IMG/VR virus record: IMGVR_UViG_3300049924_000165
Coordinates: 1-51,256 of that record
Length of the DNA stretch: 51,256 nt
DNA from: a virus
Lineage: Duplodnaviria; Caudoviricetes
Strand: one strand, 5' to 3'
A program made the position numbers and the translations under genes. Positions 19,162 through 28,947 of this stretch are shown piece by piece. Within the stretch, counting starts at the first letter, position 1, and each line of letters begins with the position of its first letter. The notes beneath the pieces are model-generated. The model saw only the letters and a program-made list of their open reading frames with translations. It had not been told where the DNA came from and searched no databases.

Positions 19162-19721
19162 TTACGGTCGCATGCGTCAACGTCGGAAACTACCTCGGGC
19201 ATGGCGAGGAATATGTGGATAAGCTGTGCAAGATGGTCGCGTGCAATCTCTCGTTCTCGCATCAATTCGTCTGCATCAGAGAATCCGATAAGCCCGGCTG
19301 GTTTGCGAAGTGCGACCTGTTCAGGCCGGGACGCTTCAGCGGGCGCGTGCTCTATCTCGATCTGGATACGTTGGTGGTCGGTTCCCTTGACCGCCTTGTG
19401 CTGAACAAGGGAATCCTGCATCTGCGCTATTGGGGCTGGAAGCGCAACGACTACGGCAGCGGCGTGATGGTGTGGGATGCTGGCGAGCATGAGGAAATCT
19501 TCGCACTCTACGATGAAACCGTGCCGCAGCGGTTTAAGGGTGACCAGGACTGGATACAGCACGTCAGCGAGTGGCCGGCATTGCCCACTGGCCTGAATGT
19601 CTCCTACCGTTACCATTGCAAGCGCGGGCCGGACGCAGGCGCGGCTACGGTATCATTTCACGGATCACCGAAACCCCATGAATTCCCGCCAGACCATTGG
19701 GTGACTAAAGCATGGAACTAG
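19158..19721 (+). CDS. GT8-like glycosyltransferase
   Basis: VLYLDLD (DxD), SGVMVW, GDQDWI, FHGSPKPH. Confidence 0.78.
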   Translation: MITVACVNVGNYLGHGEEYVDKLCKMVACNLSFSHQFVCIRESDKPGWFAKCDLFRPGRFSGRVLYLDLDTLVVGSLDRLVLNKGILHLRYWGWKRNDYGSGVMVWDAGEHEEIFALYDETVPQRFKGDQDWIQHVSEWPALPTGLNVSYRYHCKRGPDAGAATVSFHGSPKPHEFPPDHWVTKAWN

Positions 19722-20476
19722 AGCCGGTCCACTACTTCATCCCCGTCAAGAACCGGCACCACGGCGAGGCGATAGCTACCGGATTCCGCGCCCGCAAGGT
19801 GGATGCGTGGCAGAAGAAACTGGAACCGAACGCGCTCCATCTGATTGGCGGTCTGCAGTTCGGTTCGCTCGAATTAATGCAGCAGGTTCGCAATACTTCA
19901 GAGCCGTATATCTTTTTCGACCGCGCCTATTTCAGTGGCGGACCTGGGACTAACCGGCTGCGCGCTACCCGCAACGCTTACCAGCAAAACTGGATACGTC
20001 CAAGTTCTCCAGATCGTTTCAGGAAAACGGGGATTGAACTAAAACCGTGGCGCAAGGATGGGCGGCACATCATGCTCGTGCCGCCGGGCGAAGCGATAGC
20101 AGCGTTGTTCGACTTCGGCCCGCTATTCGCACAGATGCGTGAACGTCTGATGCAGTTCGGCCGCCCGGTCATGGTCAGCGTTAAAGGTGATGCGCGCCCA
20201 CTGTCGCAGCGCCTGCGAGATTGTTGGTGCGTGGTAACATGGACGAGCAACGTGGCGGTCGAAGCTATTTGCGCTGGCGTGCCGGCTTTTGTTTCCAACT
20301 ACAGCGCGGCGGCGCCGGTGGCGGGAATGCTCGAATCAATGGAATGGCAGATGGAATCACCGAAGATGCCGGAGCGTGAGGCGTGGGCGAATAGCCTAGC
20401 ATACGGAGAGTTCAGCGTGTCCGAGATAGAAAGCGGCTACGCTCGGTCCGTTATCATGCAGGACGCTCGGCCATGA
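19712..20476 (+). CDS. Second capsule-synthesis (KpsS/KpsC-like) glycosyltransferase
   Basis: FFDRAYF, LKPWRKDGRHIML, WCVVTWTSNVAVEAICAGVP, LAYGEFSVSEI; paralog of 12375..13181. Confidence 0.65.
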   Translation: MELEPVHYFIPVKNRHHGEAIATGFRARKVDAWQKKLEPNALHLIGGLQFGSLELMQQVRNTSEPYIFFDRAYFSGGPGTNRLRATRNAYQQNWIRPSSPDRFRKTGIELKPWRKDGRHIMLVPPGEAIAALFDFGPLFAQMRERLMQFGRPVMVSVKGDARPLSQRLRDCWCVVTWTSNVAVEAICAGVPAFVSNYSAAAPVAGMLESMEWQMESPKMPEREAWANSLAYGEFSVSEIESGYARSVIMQDARP

Positions 20477-20847
20477 CCAGCGCGGGGCGGATGAACCGCC
20501 AGATAACTATTGAGCGGAAGTCCGTCACGCAAGACGCGGTATTCGGGACCGAGGTTGTAACGTGGATTCCGCTGTCCACAGATCCCTCTAACCCTGCCGT
20601 TGGCGAGCGCTATTGGGCGGAAGTGCAGGACGCGCTGCCGAGCCGGTCGGAAGCGGTGACGCAAGGGCTGGCGGTAGCGCGCAACCAGACGCGTATCCGC
20701 TTCCGCTGGCGTGACGACGTGGATAACAGTATGCGCGTGACGGTGCATGGCGATACTGACGTGATATACCAGATTGTCGGCGGACCCGCTGAGATCGCGG
20801 GGCGCAAGGAAATGCTCGAAATCGTTTGCGAGAAGTTCTCAAGTTGA
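20473..20847 (+). CDS. Head-closure (head-tail adaptor) protein
   Basis: AGRMNRQITIE, WAEV, RIRFRWRDDVDNSMRV (SPP1 gp16-like). Confidence 0.88.
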   Translation: MTSAGRMNRQITIERKSVTQDAVFGTEVVTWIPLSTDPSNPAVGERYWAEVQDALPSRSEAVTQGLAVARNQTRIRFRWRDDVDNSMRVTVHGDTDVIYQIVGGPAEIAGRKEMLEIVCEKFSS

Positions 20848-21344
20848 TGGCTATCGATACTCACGTCAAAGGGCTGGCGGAACTGAACAAGTTCCTGCAA
20901 GAACTGCCGGTCAAGGTCGAGCGGAACATCCTGCGCGGTGCGTTGCGGGCGGGCATGAATCAGGTCAAGCCTGTAGCCGAACGAAACGCTGCCAAGTCAA
21001 CGGGGTTGCTCGCTGCGGGGCTGAAGGTCGGCACCCGCGCACGCGGGCGCATCGTGATGGCGACCGTCAAGGCCACGGGGCCGCACGCCTATCTTGCGAA
21101 GTGGATAGAGTTCGGCACCAAGGCACACAACATCGCAGCCAAGAAGGGCGGATTCCTTTCGTTCATGAACGTGTTTGTGAAGTCAGTAGCGCATCCTGGA
21201 ACGAAGCCGCACCCGTTCATGCGGCCGGCTTTGGACCAGCAAGCCAACGCTGCGGTATTTGCGGCGGCTGACTATATGCGCAACCGGCTAGCAACCAAGC
21301 ACGGCATCGATACGGCTGGAATTGTGTTGGAGGGTGACGAGTGA
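20847..21344 (+). CDS. HK97 gp10 family tail component
   Basis: VKGLAEL, LRGALRAG, WIEFGT, HPGTKPHPFMRPALD. Confidence 0.9.
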   Translation: MAIDTHVKGLAELNKFLQELPVKVERNILRGALRAGMNQVKPVAERNAAKSTGLLAAGLKVGTRARGRIVMATVKATGPHAYLAKWIEFGTKAHNIAAKKGGFLSFMNVFVKSVAHPGTKPHPFMRPALDQQANAAVFAAADYMRNRLATKHGIDTAGIVLEGDE

Positions 21345-21775
21345 GCGGGGTGGCCGTCATCCGTTACCTGCTGGCAAACAACGCCCCGGTCCTAGCCGTG
21401 GTGCCCGCAACCCGCATCACCGCCGGTGACCTGCCGATCAATACCACCATGCCCGCAATCGCCGTGACGCAGATCAGCGGCATGCCGCGCCTGACCATCG
21501 CCATGACGGAACCGAACCGGATCAATACTGACCGCGTGCAGGTATCCGCGCTGTTCAAGGGGCCGGCGGGAACGCCATCGGGGGCAGGGTATCCCGGCGT
21601 GGCCGCGCTCATGGTTCTTGTGCTGGCAGCCTGCCCAAACCAGAACGGCACGATCAACGGCGTGGCGGTAGATAGCATATTGCCGGACATCGAGGGCCCC
21701 GACCTTCAGGACGACGCTACCAACCTGTTCAGCAGGTCCAGAGACTTCATCGTGAAATGGCGTTCGGCGGCATAG
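21341..21775 (+). CDS. Tail terminator/completion protein
   Basis: Sits between gp10 and the major tail gene; LP....PAI...ISG, RVQV motifs. Confidence 0.75.
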   Translation: MSGVAVIRYLLANNAPVLAVVPATRITAGDLPINTTMPAIAVTQISGMPRLTIAMTEPNRINTDRVQVSALFKGPAGTPSGAGYPGVAALMVLVLAACPNQNGTINGVAVDSILPDIEGPDLQDDATNLFSRSRDFIVKWRSAA

Positions 21776-21790
21776 GTGTATGATTACGCC
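21775..21790 (+). promoter_or_regulatory. Putative late promoter motif (copy 2)
   Basis: Identical to 1824-1839; 30 nt upstream of the major tail gene. Confidence 0.6.
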
Positions 21791-21820
21791 AACAGCATCC
21801 CTTTTTGACAGGAGCGCACC

Positions 21821-22288
21821 ATGAGCCGTGTAGAAACCGTAGCGGGAACCAGGCTATACGTCACGCCGCAGACGCCGACCACCTTCGACGCCGCAGGCTA
21901 CGAGGGCACCGGAATGAATTGGGTGGAAATCGGGGAAATCACGGACGGCGGAGAGCATGGGCGGGAATACGCGCTCGTCACGCACCAGCCCATCGCATCA
22001 CGCGGCACGCAGAAGTTCAAGGGGTCATTCAACGAGGGCAGCAAGACGCTGCAGCTCGCGCTGGACAACGACGATGCCGGGCAGGTCATCCTGCAAGCGG
22101 CGATGCTGTCCGACAACGACTACAGTTTCAAAGTGCTCTATCAAGGTCTGGACAAGGAATACTTCCAGGCCAAGGTGATGACGTTCAAGAAGGCCGCGAC
22201 GAGCGTGGACTCCATTCGCAGCGCGAGCATGACGATCGAACTCACCACCAACAGCGCCGGCGTCGGCATCGTTTCCGTAACGGTGTAA
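21821..22288 (+). CDS. Major tail tube protein
   Basis: W.EIGEITDGGEHGREY..VTH, KFKGSFNEG, DDAGQ..L; AGGAG RBS. Confidence 0.88.
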   Translation: MSRVETVAGTRLYVTPQTPTTFDAAGYEGTGMNWVEIGEITDGGEHGREYALVTHQPIASRGTQKFKGSFNEGSKTLQLALDNDDAGQVILQAAMLSDNDYSFKVLYQGLDKEYFQAKVMTFKKAATSVDSIRSASMTIELTTNSAGVGIVSVTV

Positions 22289-22290
22289 TC

Positions 22291-22713
22291 ATGGACATTC
22301 GCAAGTTCGCAGTCGAGGAAACGAGCGTGCTGGCCTTGCACGATGCCTCCGATGCTCCGATGGTGGACGAAACTGGAGCACCGGTTACGGTGACGCTCTA
22401 TGGGCCGGGGTCGAAGCCCTATGCTCGAGCGCAGGCCGCGCAGCAGAACCGGATGCTGGACAAGCTGAAGCGCAAGGGCAAGTCCGACCTTACCGCAGAC
22501 GACAAGGCGCGCGAGCAGGCGGAATTCCTGGCCGGTTGCACCAAGGAGTTTTCCCCGAACCTCGAATACACCAACGGCGGCACGGAGAAGTTGAGCGGAG
22601 AGGCGTTGCATCGTGCGGTGTATGCCGACAACAGCATCGGCTTCATTGCCGAGCAGGTCGGGAAGTTTCTCGGAGAATGGGGTAATTTCACGAAGGGCTC
22701 GCCGAAGCCCTGA
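22291..22713 (+). CDS. Tail assembly chaperone (gpG-like)
   Basis: MDIRKF..., VTLYGPGSK, IAEQV...WGNF; lies between the major tail and tape measure genes. Confidence 0.8.
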   Translation: MDIRKFAVEETSVLALHDASDAPMVDETGAPVTVTLYGPGSKPYARAQAAQQNRMLDKLKRKGKSDLTADDKAREQAEFLAGCTKEFSPNLEYTNGGTEKLSGEALHRAVYADNSIGFIAEQVGKFLGEWGNFTKGSPKP

Positions 22714-23141
22714 GCCCGTATGTGCGGGCATTGGCGTGGTGGCACGCGATACCGCAGCCGCCGCCTAGCAACCTGAAGGGCGCACCGAGGCAGCTGCCCG
22801 AAACCAGATCGAGGATTAAGAGGCTGAAAGATGGCGTCACTCCCGATCTGCCAGATATCCCTGCCGAGTATTCATTCCTCATTTCCTACCTGTTTGACGC
22901 TGGCCCGATCAGCCATGCCGCGCAGCGCGGGGTGCCGCTGACGTGGGCGGATCTCGAAGCGTGGCAGCGTGGCGCCGGGGTATCATTGCCGCCGTGGCAA
23001 CTGCGGCTCATTCGTCATTTGTCGAGCGAGTATCTTTCCGAGTCCATGATTGCGGACGCGCACGATGCGCCGCCGCCGTGGGACCGGGAACCGGACCGAG
23101 ACAAGATAGAGAAGCACATCAAGAAGCTATTCAGGAAATGA
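22686..23141 (+). CDS. Tail chaperone extension (gpT-like), possibly reached by -1 frameshift
   Basis: Open in the -1 frame from 22686; PLTWADLEAW...LPPWQLRLIRHLS. Confidence 0.65.
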   Translation, partial: FHEGLAEALSPYVRALAWWHAIPQPPPSNLKGAPRQLPETRSRIKRLKDGVTPDLPDIPAEYSFLISYLFDAGPISHAAQRGVPLTWADLEAWQRGAGVSLPPWQLRLIRHLSSEYLSESMIADAHDAPPPWDREPDRDKIEKHIKKLFRK

Positions 23142-23142
23142 C

Positions 23143-24918
23143 GTGGCGCTAGCGGGCACACTCGAAATCCAGATGTTCGCGGAGATATCGCGTCTCCGTG
23201 CGGACATGGAGAAGGCGACCGGCGTTGTCTCGAAGGCTACCAAGAACATAGAAAGTTCCGTTGAGACTGCCAAGAAGGCGCTCGGTCTGTTGGGCGTCGG
23301 CATCGGTGTCGGATTCTTCGCCACGCTCATCAAGGGCAGCATAGACGCGCAGGACAGACTTCTGGACCTGAGTAAGACGACCGGAATACTGGTCGAGGAT
23401 TTGGCGGGGCTGAAGCTCGCTGCCAAGCAATCGGGCGGGGATCTGAACAGCATCGCGGAGAGCATCAATAAGCTATCCGTGAACATGGGGAAGGACTCGG
23501 AGAAGTTCCGCCAGTTGGGCGTCACCGCGAAAGACCCGCTCGAAGCGTTCAAGCAACTCGCTGACATTTACACGAAACTCCAAGACCCGCAGCAGCGCGC
23601 CGCCGTGATGGCGCAGGCGTTGGGGAAGGCGTGGGCAGGTGCCGCGCCGCTGCTCTCAGAAGGCAGCGCGAAGATTCAGGAGTTGGTGGACAAGGGAAAG
23701 GCGTTGTCCGGCGTCACCAAGGAATCCGCAGAGCAGGCTGACAAGTTCAACGACCAGATGACGGAGTTGAATGCCACGCTGGAAGGCACGCGGATGAAGG
23801 CCATCGGACCGCTGTTGCCGCAGATGAACGAAGTCGCCAAGGCGATGGGCGAGGCAGCGAGGGAGGGCGGTCTGCTGCTCGCGGTATGGGTGGCATTGGG
23901 CGGGTTGTTCGCCACCATATTCAATCTGAATCTTCCGAAGGCGATGCAGATTCAGAAGGAATTGATTGACCTGACCGGTGAGGCGGAAAAGCTCTCACGG
24001 TCTATCCAGTTCATGAACAGCAGCGTGAGTCCCGGTGCGCGAGAGCGGCAGCAGGACCAGCTTGCGATGATCAACGCTCGCATCGAGTTGCTGAAGAACG
24101 AGCAGCGGTTGCTGCAAGAGCCGCCGAAGCCAGCGGTGGGTGGAGACAAGGCGACCGAGGAAGCGGCTGCAAAGTTCCTCGGTGGTGACAAGGAAAAGGG
24201 CGACTCATTCCTTGCCAAGCAATTGCAGGAGGGCATGGACGAGGAAGCGAAGATCATGGCGGAAGCGTCGCAATTGTCGGACGACTTCCGGGCGAGAGAG
24301 CGGGATGAAGAAGAAAAGCAAACGCAGTTCCTGATTGATTTGAAGAACGCGGAGGCAGAAGAAGAAAGGCGGTTGCAACTAGAGAACGCGCAGATCATGG
24401 ACGACTTCCGAGCCAAGGAGCGCGCCAGAGATGCTGCGCAGAAGGAGGAAATGTTCGGTCAGGCTCATACCTTCTTCGGTTCTCTTTCCAAGTTGATGGA
24501 TACCGAATCGAAGAAGCAATTCAAAATCGGCAAGGCTGCGGCTCAGGCGGAAACGGCCATCAATACCTACAAAGCTGCGATGGCAGCTTATGGTGCGCTG
24601 GCGGGAATCCCCTACGTCGGTCCAGCGCTCGGAGCTGCTGCTGCAGCAGCCGTCATAATTGCCGGCGCGGCTCAGATCAGCAATATCGGTAGCACGCAGA
24701 TAGGAGGCGGTCAGGGTGTCGGAACCTTCCCCATCAACCCGACCACTCAGCAGCCCATCGGAACACCGGGCGGTGACGTCGGGAATCGCGGTGGTCAGAC
24801 CACGATCATCAACATGCCGCCCGGCCAGTTCTTCGACCGCAAAACGGTGCGCGGTCTGCTCGAAGGATTGAACGAGGAGTCGAACGATGGCTCCCGCATC
24901 ATAGTGAACGAACGATGA
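23143..24918 (+). CDS. Tail tape measure protein
   Basis: GTLEIQMFA N-terminus, Ala/Lys/Glu-rich helical sequence, hydrophobic segments, expected position. Confidence 0.88.
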   Translation: MALAGTLEIQMFAEISRLRADMEKATGVVSKATKNIESSVETAKKALGLLGVGIGVGFFATLIKGSIDAQDRLLDLSKTTGILVEDLAGLKLAAKQSGGDLNSIAESINKLSVNMGKDSEKFRQLGVTAKDPLEAFKQLADIYTKLQDPQQRAAVMAQALGKAWAGAAPLLSEGSAKIQELVDKGKALSGVTKESAEQADKFNDQMTELNATLEGTRMKAIGPLLPQMNEVAKAMGEAAREGGLLLAVWVALGGLFATIFNLNLPKAMQIQKELIDLTGEAEKLSRSIQFMNSSVSPGARERQQDQLAMINARIELLKNEQRLLQEPPKPAVGGDKATEEAAAKFLGGDKEKGDSFLAKQLQEGMDEEAKIMAEASQLSDDFRARERDEEEKQTQFLIDLKNAEAEEERRLQLENAQIMDDFRAKERARDAAQKEEMFGQAHTFFGSLSKLMDTESKKQFKIGKAAAQAETAINTYKAAMAAYGALAGIPYVGPALGAAAAAAVIIAGAAQISNIGSTQIGGGQGVGTFPINPTTQQPIGTPGGDVGNRGGQTTIINMPPGQFFDRKTVRGLLEGLNEESNDGSRIIVNER

Positions 24919-25688
24919 ACTATCAAGCACATTACGATCGGTTGATAGAGCGGGCGTGTAGCCGGACGCTCGCAGGATACGTCGAGCGTCACCATGTCGT
25001 TCCAAAGTGTCTCGGCGGTAGTAATGCGAAAGAGAACATTGTCGAGTTGACGGCTGAGGAACACTACGTTGCGCATCAGCTTCTAGTAAAGATGCATAAA
25101 GCACATGCAGGACTAGCTTACTCGGCGGTTCGCATGGGTAACAGAAAGTCAGGCAGGCGTTTGTATGGTTGGCTTCGAGAAAGATATGCGGCATCTAGGA
25201 GGGGTAAGAAGCGCTCTCCATTCTCGGCTGAACATATTGCCAATCTTACAGACGCGCTTCGCGGAAGAAAGATGCCGCCGCGCACCGCTGAACATCAATT
25301 GAAAATTGATTCTGCTCGGCGCGGCAAGAAACGCTCGCCAGAGTTAAACGCAAGAATGTCTGCCGTTCTGAGGGTTGCAATGGCAAGACCAGAGGTTAGG
25401 GCTAAGTTGTCAGCGGCCAAGATCGGAACCAAAGGTTCTAGATTGGGGGCGAAGAACTCTGTTGAACACCGAGCCAAAATATCACTAGCAATGAAAGGAA
25501 AGTCATCTCCACACAAAGGTAAGAAAGCAACCGCAGACAGTATAGCCAAGAATTCTTCTGCGCATCTTGGGCAGGTTGCATGGAACAAAGGAAAGAAGGC
25601 TACGCAGGAGATGATTGCAAAAAACTCCGCATCGCACATGGGGCAAGTGGCTTGGAATAAGGGTAGACGTTCGGAGAACGTAAGTTGA
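24915..25688 (+). CDS. HNH homing endonuclease with NUMOD3 repeats
   Basis: ERHHVVPKCLGGSN...NIVELTAEEHYVAHQLL; repeated basic motifs and AWNKG. Confidence 0.88.
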   Translation: MNYQAHYDRLIERACSRTLAGYVERHHVVPKCLGGSNAKENIVELTAEEHYVAHQLLVKMHKAHAGLAYSAVRMGNRKSGRRLYGWLRERYAASRRGKKRSPFSAEHIANLTDALRGRKMPPRTAEHQLKIDSARRGKKRSPELNARMSAVLRVAMARPEVRAKLSAAKIGTKGSRLGAKNSVEHRAKISLAMKGKSSPHKGKKATADSIAKNSSAHLGQVAWNKGKKATQEMIAKNSASHMGQVAWNKGRRSENVS

Positions 25689-26518
25689 TAATTTATCCTG
25701 CATCCTTCGTCCTAAGTTCTGCAGCCGCTGGCGAGCCGTTGACGCATACGCGCATCGGTTGGCAGACGTTCACCCGTGACGATGGCGTGATCGTTACCGC
25801 CAGCTCCGAGACGACGGCAGGCCCGGCTGATATGCCGCTGCAACCGTCCACTAATGGCTATTGGCAGGCGTCCGCGATGCCGGCCACATGGATGATCGAC
25901 TTCGGCGCGACGCGCTCCATTGATTATGTCGGCATATCTGAGCACACCATCGGCAGCGAGGGCGCTGCGGTGACGGTGGAAACAAGCATGGGAGATTTCG
26001 TCGGCTCCCCGTCCATTCAATCATGGAGTGCTCTTGGAGGAAGTGTTTCCCCGGCGGACGATGCGCCGCTCATGTTTCTGGACGACGCACGCAACGCACG
26101 TTACATGCGGATTACTCTTACTGGCGTGACGCCACCGAAACTCTCTGCCATCTACGCGGGGCTGGCGCTTGCGATGCAGCGCGGTCCAGAGATGGGTTTC
26201 GGGCCGCCAACACTTTCACGGCGCACGGAACTGCATAACACGATGTCCCGCGGCGGACAATTCCTCGGGCAAGGCATCAAGACGATGGGCGTGGAATCGA
26301 GCATCTCATTTGCCCGTCTGCAGCAGGACTGGTATCGCTCGGACTTCGACCCGTTCGTTCGATCGGCTCGGCAATTCCCCTATTTCCTGGCGTGGAATCC
26401 AGAACAATATCCGCTCGAAGTCGCCTACGGCTGGACGCGAGAGGATATCCGTCCGTCCTACGCCGAATGGGATTTCTTCAGCGTTAGCTGGAACATCGAA
26501 GGCATCGGCAACGAGTAG
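25685..26518 (+). CDS. Distal tail / tail protein
   Basis: Follows the tape measure gene; W.IDFG...IDYVGI.EH, RYMRITL, PYFLAWNP. Confidence 0.7.
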   Translation: MIIYPASFVLSSAAAGEPLTHTRIGWQTFTRDDGVIVTASSETTAGPADMPLQPSTNGYWQASAMPATWMIDFGATRSIDYVGISEHTIGSEGAAVTVETSMGDFVGSPSIQSWSALGGSVSPADDAPLMFLDDARNARYMRITLTGVTPPKLSAIYAGLALAMQRGPEMGFGPPTLSRRTELHNTMSRGGQFLGQGIKTMGVESSISFARLQQDWYRSDFDPFVRSARQFPYFLAWNPEQYPLEVAYGWTREDIRPSYAEWDFFSVSWNIEGIGNE

Positions 26519-26521
26519 ACC

Positions 26522-28939
26522 GTGACTGATTACGGACGAGAAACTATTACGGTTATCGAGCTGGATGTTCCGCAATGCCAGCTTGAATACGGCACCACCA
26601 ATGCCTTCGGAACCTGCCAAGCATCTCTGACACCGGTCGGTTCCCCGCCGATCGCTACGGGCGATCACAAGTGCTTCAATACCAGAGTCACCTGTCAGGA
26701 CGCGGATAACTACAATCCCGCAACGCAGATCATCCGCTTCGCGCACCCGCAACGCGGGCTGTCGCAAAACTACGACAACGTATTCCCATCGCTCTCCGGT
26801 CCCGTGCAAACAACACCTGGGGCGATCAACCTCGGCGGCATGGACCGCAGCTTGTCAGCGCTCGGCGCCCGCGAAACGGTTCAGATGACGTTAGAGGATC
26901 ACCAATGGAACGATCATCTGTTCGACAAGTATCGGCTTGAACGCATCAGCGGCGCGGCGCAGGCGCCCGCAGGTTCCCCGCCTGTATCTGAAACCTACAA
27001 CCCGCTGGAGCGCGGGTCGTTTTGGGGAAAGTTCATTGCGCGCAATCCTTACCATTCCAATTACCGGGCCAGGGTTAAGCAGGGCTTCATGGGGCAGGCG
27101 CTGGACGACATGATGACCCGTAGCTATATCGTTGACCGCATCACGGGGCCGACGAATGGCAAAGTGCAGATGGTGCTGAAGGATTTATTCTCGCTGATCG
27201 AAGTCCGTAAGTCGGTAGCTCCCTTCGCTTCTCAGGGAGAATTGAGCGCGAACATAACCGGCACGCCAGCGAGCTTTACGCTGCTGCCGGTTGGCATCGG
27301 TAGCTTGACAGAAGAAGAGGGCGGTTACGCTTCGATTACCGCCGTTGCGTCCGGCTTCGTGGCAATCGGTGACGAGGTAATCGAGGTTACCCGTTCGGCC
27401 GATGTGTTCACCGTAGTGACCCGCGCCGCTTTGAACACTGAGCAGTCGGATCATGACTCCGAGGATCTGGTGCAGTTCGTGCTGACTTTCGACAGCGAAT
27501 TAGCGCACGACATTATCTACACGCTTCTGACCGGATACGCGGAGATATTGCCAGCAGAGATTCCTAAAGCAACCTGGGACATCCTGGCTGCAACGATGGA
27601 CGAACTCTATACAGCCCGCATCACGCAGCCCACGGCTGTGCGCGATCTGATCGGTGAATTGTGCGAGCAGGCGGGTTGCACGGTTTGGCCCGATCCTGAA
27701 ACCGGATTGATCGAATTCCGTCCGCTTCGGCCAACCGCTTCTAGCACGGTTGTGAATGACCGTGATTGGATAGTGGATGGTTCTCTGGAAATGAAGCGAC
27801 AGGACGCGAAGCGCGTATCTCGTTGCCTTGTCTACTACGGTCAGAAAAATCCAACAGTTGATCTTGAAGATGTTCGGAACTTCCGTTCGCGGGTGATAAC
27901 GCCGGACCTGGACGCAGAGAGTTCCACTCAGTATGGCGTGCCAGCCATCAAGGTGGTGACGAGCCGCTGGATACCGCAGTTTTCAAGGCAAGTTGCCGCT
28001 GGCGTTGGTTCGCGCATAGTTGCGTTGTTCCGCGATCCTCCGCTTGAAGCGAGTTTCCGTATCCACATGAGCCGCGACGGGGAACTTGCGTTGGCGCAGC
28101 CGTTCCTGTTGCAAACTTTCGAGGCGCAGGACGACACGGGGGCGGAAGATCAGATATTGATGGAGCCGGTGGAGATTTCCCGCGACGAGAACGAAATATA
28201 CCTGAAAGCGCAGGGCGTCACGTTCTTTACCGAGACGGATGATTCGGGCATCCGCACGATATTCCTAGACACTCCGGATATGTTCAACCTTAACCTGCGC
28301 ACGATTCACGATCAAATCTACCAGCCGCCGGTCGGTGGTGAAGTGGTGAACGTGATTCTAGTTTCTGGATTTACGGTTGGGTCGGAGACTACAGCGCTAC
28401 CTGCCATGCGCACCGGAAGCTGGCCTGCTGGCGTCACGCTTTCTCTCGTCACACTGGGCGGAAGGATACAAGGACGTGGCGGTGACCCCGGCTTATACAC
28501 TGGAACAGGACCGCTATATCAGGATGCCGGTGCGGGTGGTGATGCAATTTTGGCAGAGGTGCCAATCTCCATAGATAACACTGGCGGGGAGATATTCTCT
28601 GGCGGTGGCGGTGGTGGTGTTAGCATAACCACTGGACCAACTTTCATATTTGCTGGAGGGGGAGGCGCCGGAACCGATCCCGGCTCTGCAGGGCAATCAT
28701 ACGACGGAATTATCGTTACGAACGGTGCTCCTGGAACTGCTGATGCAGGAGGGCTTGGAGGCGTGAGCGTCTTTGATTCAGCGCAGCATGGGGGTGACGG
28801 CGGCGGCCCTGGAATAGCAGGAGGAACTGGAACTGTTGCTGGGGAAAATCGCGCTGGTGGTGCTACGGGCAACTACATCACCGGCAACAGTTTCGTGACG
28901 TGGGTTGGAACCGGCGACCGGCGCGGTGGTGTAGCATAG
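26522..28939 (+). CDS. Tail tip / baseplate hub protein with a glycine-rich C-terminus
   Basis: 805 aa; N-terminal C..YG...C...KCFNT..TC; Gly-rich C-terminal domain. Confidence 0.75.
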   Translation: MTDYGRETITVIELDVPQCQLEYGTTNAFGTCQASLTPVGSPPIATGDHKCFNTRVTCQDADNYNPATQIIRFAHPQRGLSQNYDNVFPSLSGPVQTTPGAINLGGMDRSLSALGARETVQMTLEDHQWNDHLFDKYRLERISGAAQAPAGSPPVSETYNPLERGSFWGKFIARNPYHSNYRARVKQGFMGQALDDMMTRSYIVDRITGPTNGKVQMVLKDLFSLIEVRKSVAPFASQGELSANITGTPASFTLLPVGIGSLTEEEGGYASITAVASGFVAIGDEVIEVTRSADVFTVVTRAALNTEQSDHDSEDLVQFVLTFDSELAHDIIYTLLTGYAEILPAEIPKATWDILAATMDELYTARITQPTAVRDLIGELCEQAGCTVWPDPETGLIEFRPLRPTASSTVVNDRDWIVDGSLEMKRQDAKRVSRCLVYYGQKNPTVDLEDVRNFRSRVITPDLDAESSTQYGVPAIKVVTSRWIPQFSRQVAAGVGSRIVALFRDPPLEASFRIHMSRDGELALAQPFLLQTFEAQDDTGAEDQILMEPVEISRDENEIYLKAQGVTFFTETDDSGIRTIFLDTPDMFNLNLRTIHDQIYQPPVGGEVVNVILVSGFTVGSETTALPAMRTGSWPAGVTLSLVTLGGRIQGRGGDPGLYTGTGPLYQDAGAGGDAILAEVPISIDNTGGEIFSGGGGGGVSITTGPTFIFAGGGGAGTDPGSAGQSYDGIIVTNGAPGTADAGGLGGVSVFDSAQHGGDGGGPGIAGGTGTVAGENRAGGATGNYITGNSFVTWVGTGDRRGGVA

Positions 28940-28947
28940 GGGTCAAC

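Noticed and set aside
11565-20476. GT cluster as a DNA hypermodification or O-antigen seroconversion locus
   Set aside because: No base hydroxymethylase, nucleotide kinase or DNA polymerase nearby, no membrane GtrABC-type genes, and it sits in the late structural operon. Disfavoured, not excluded.
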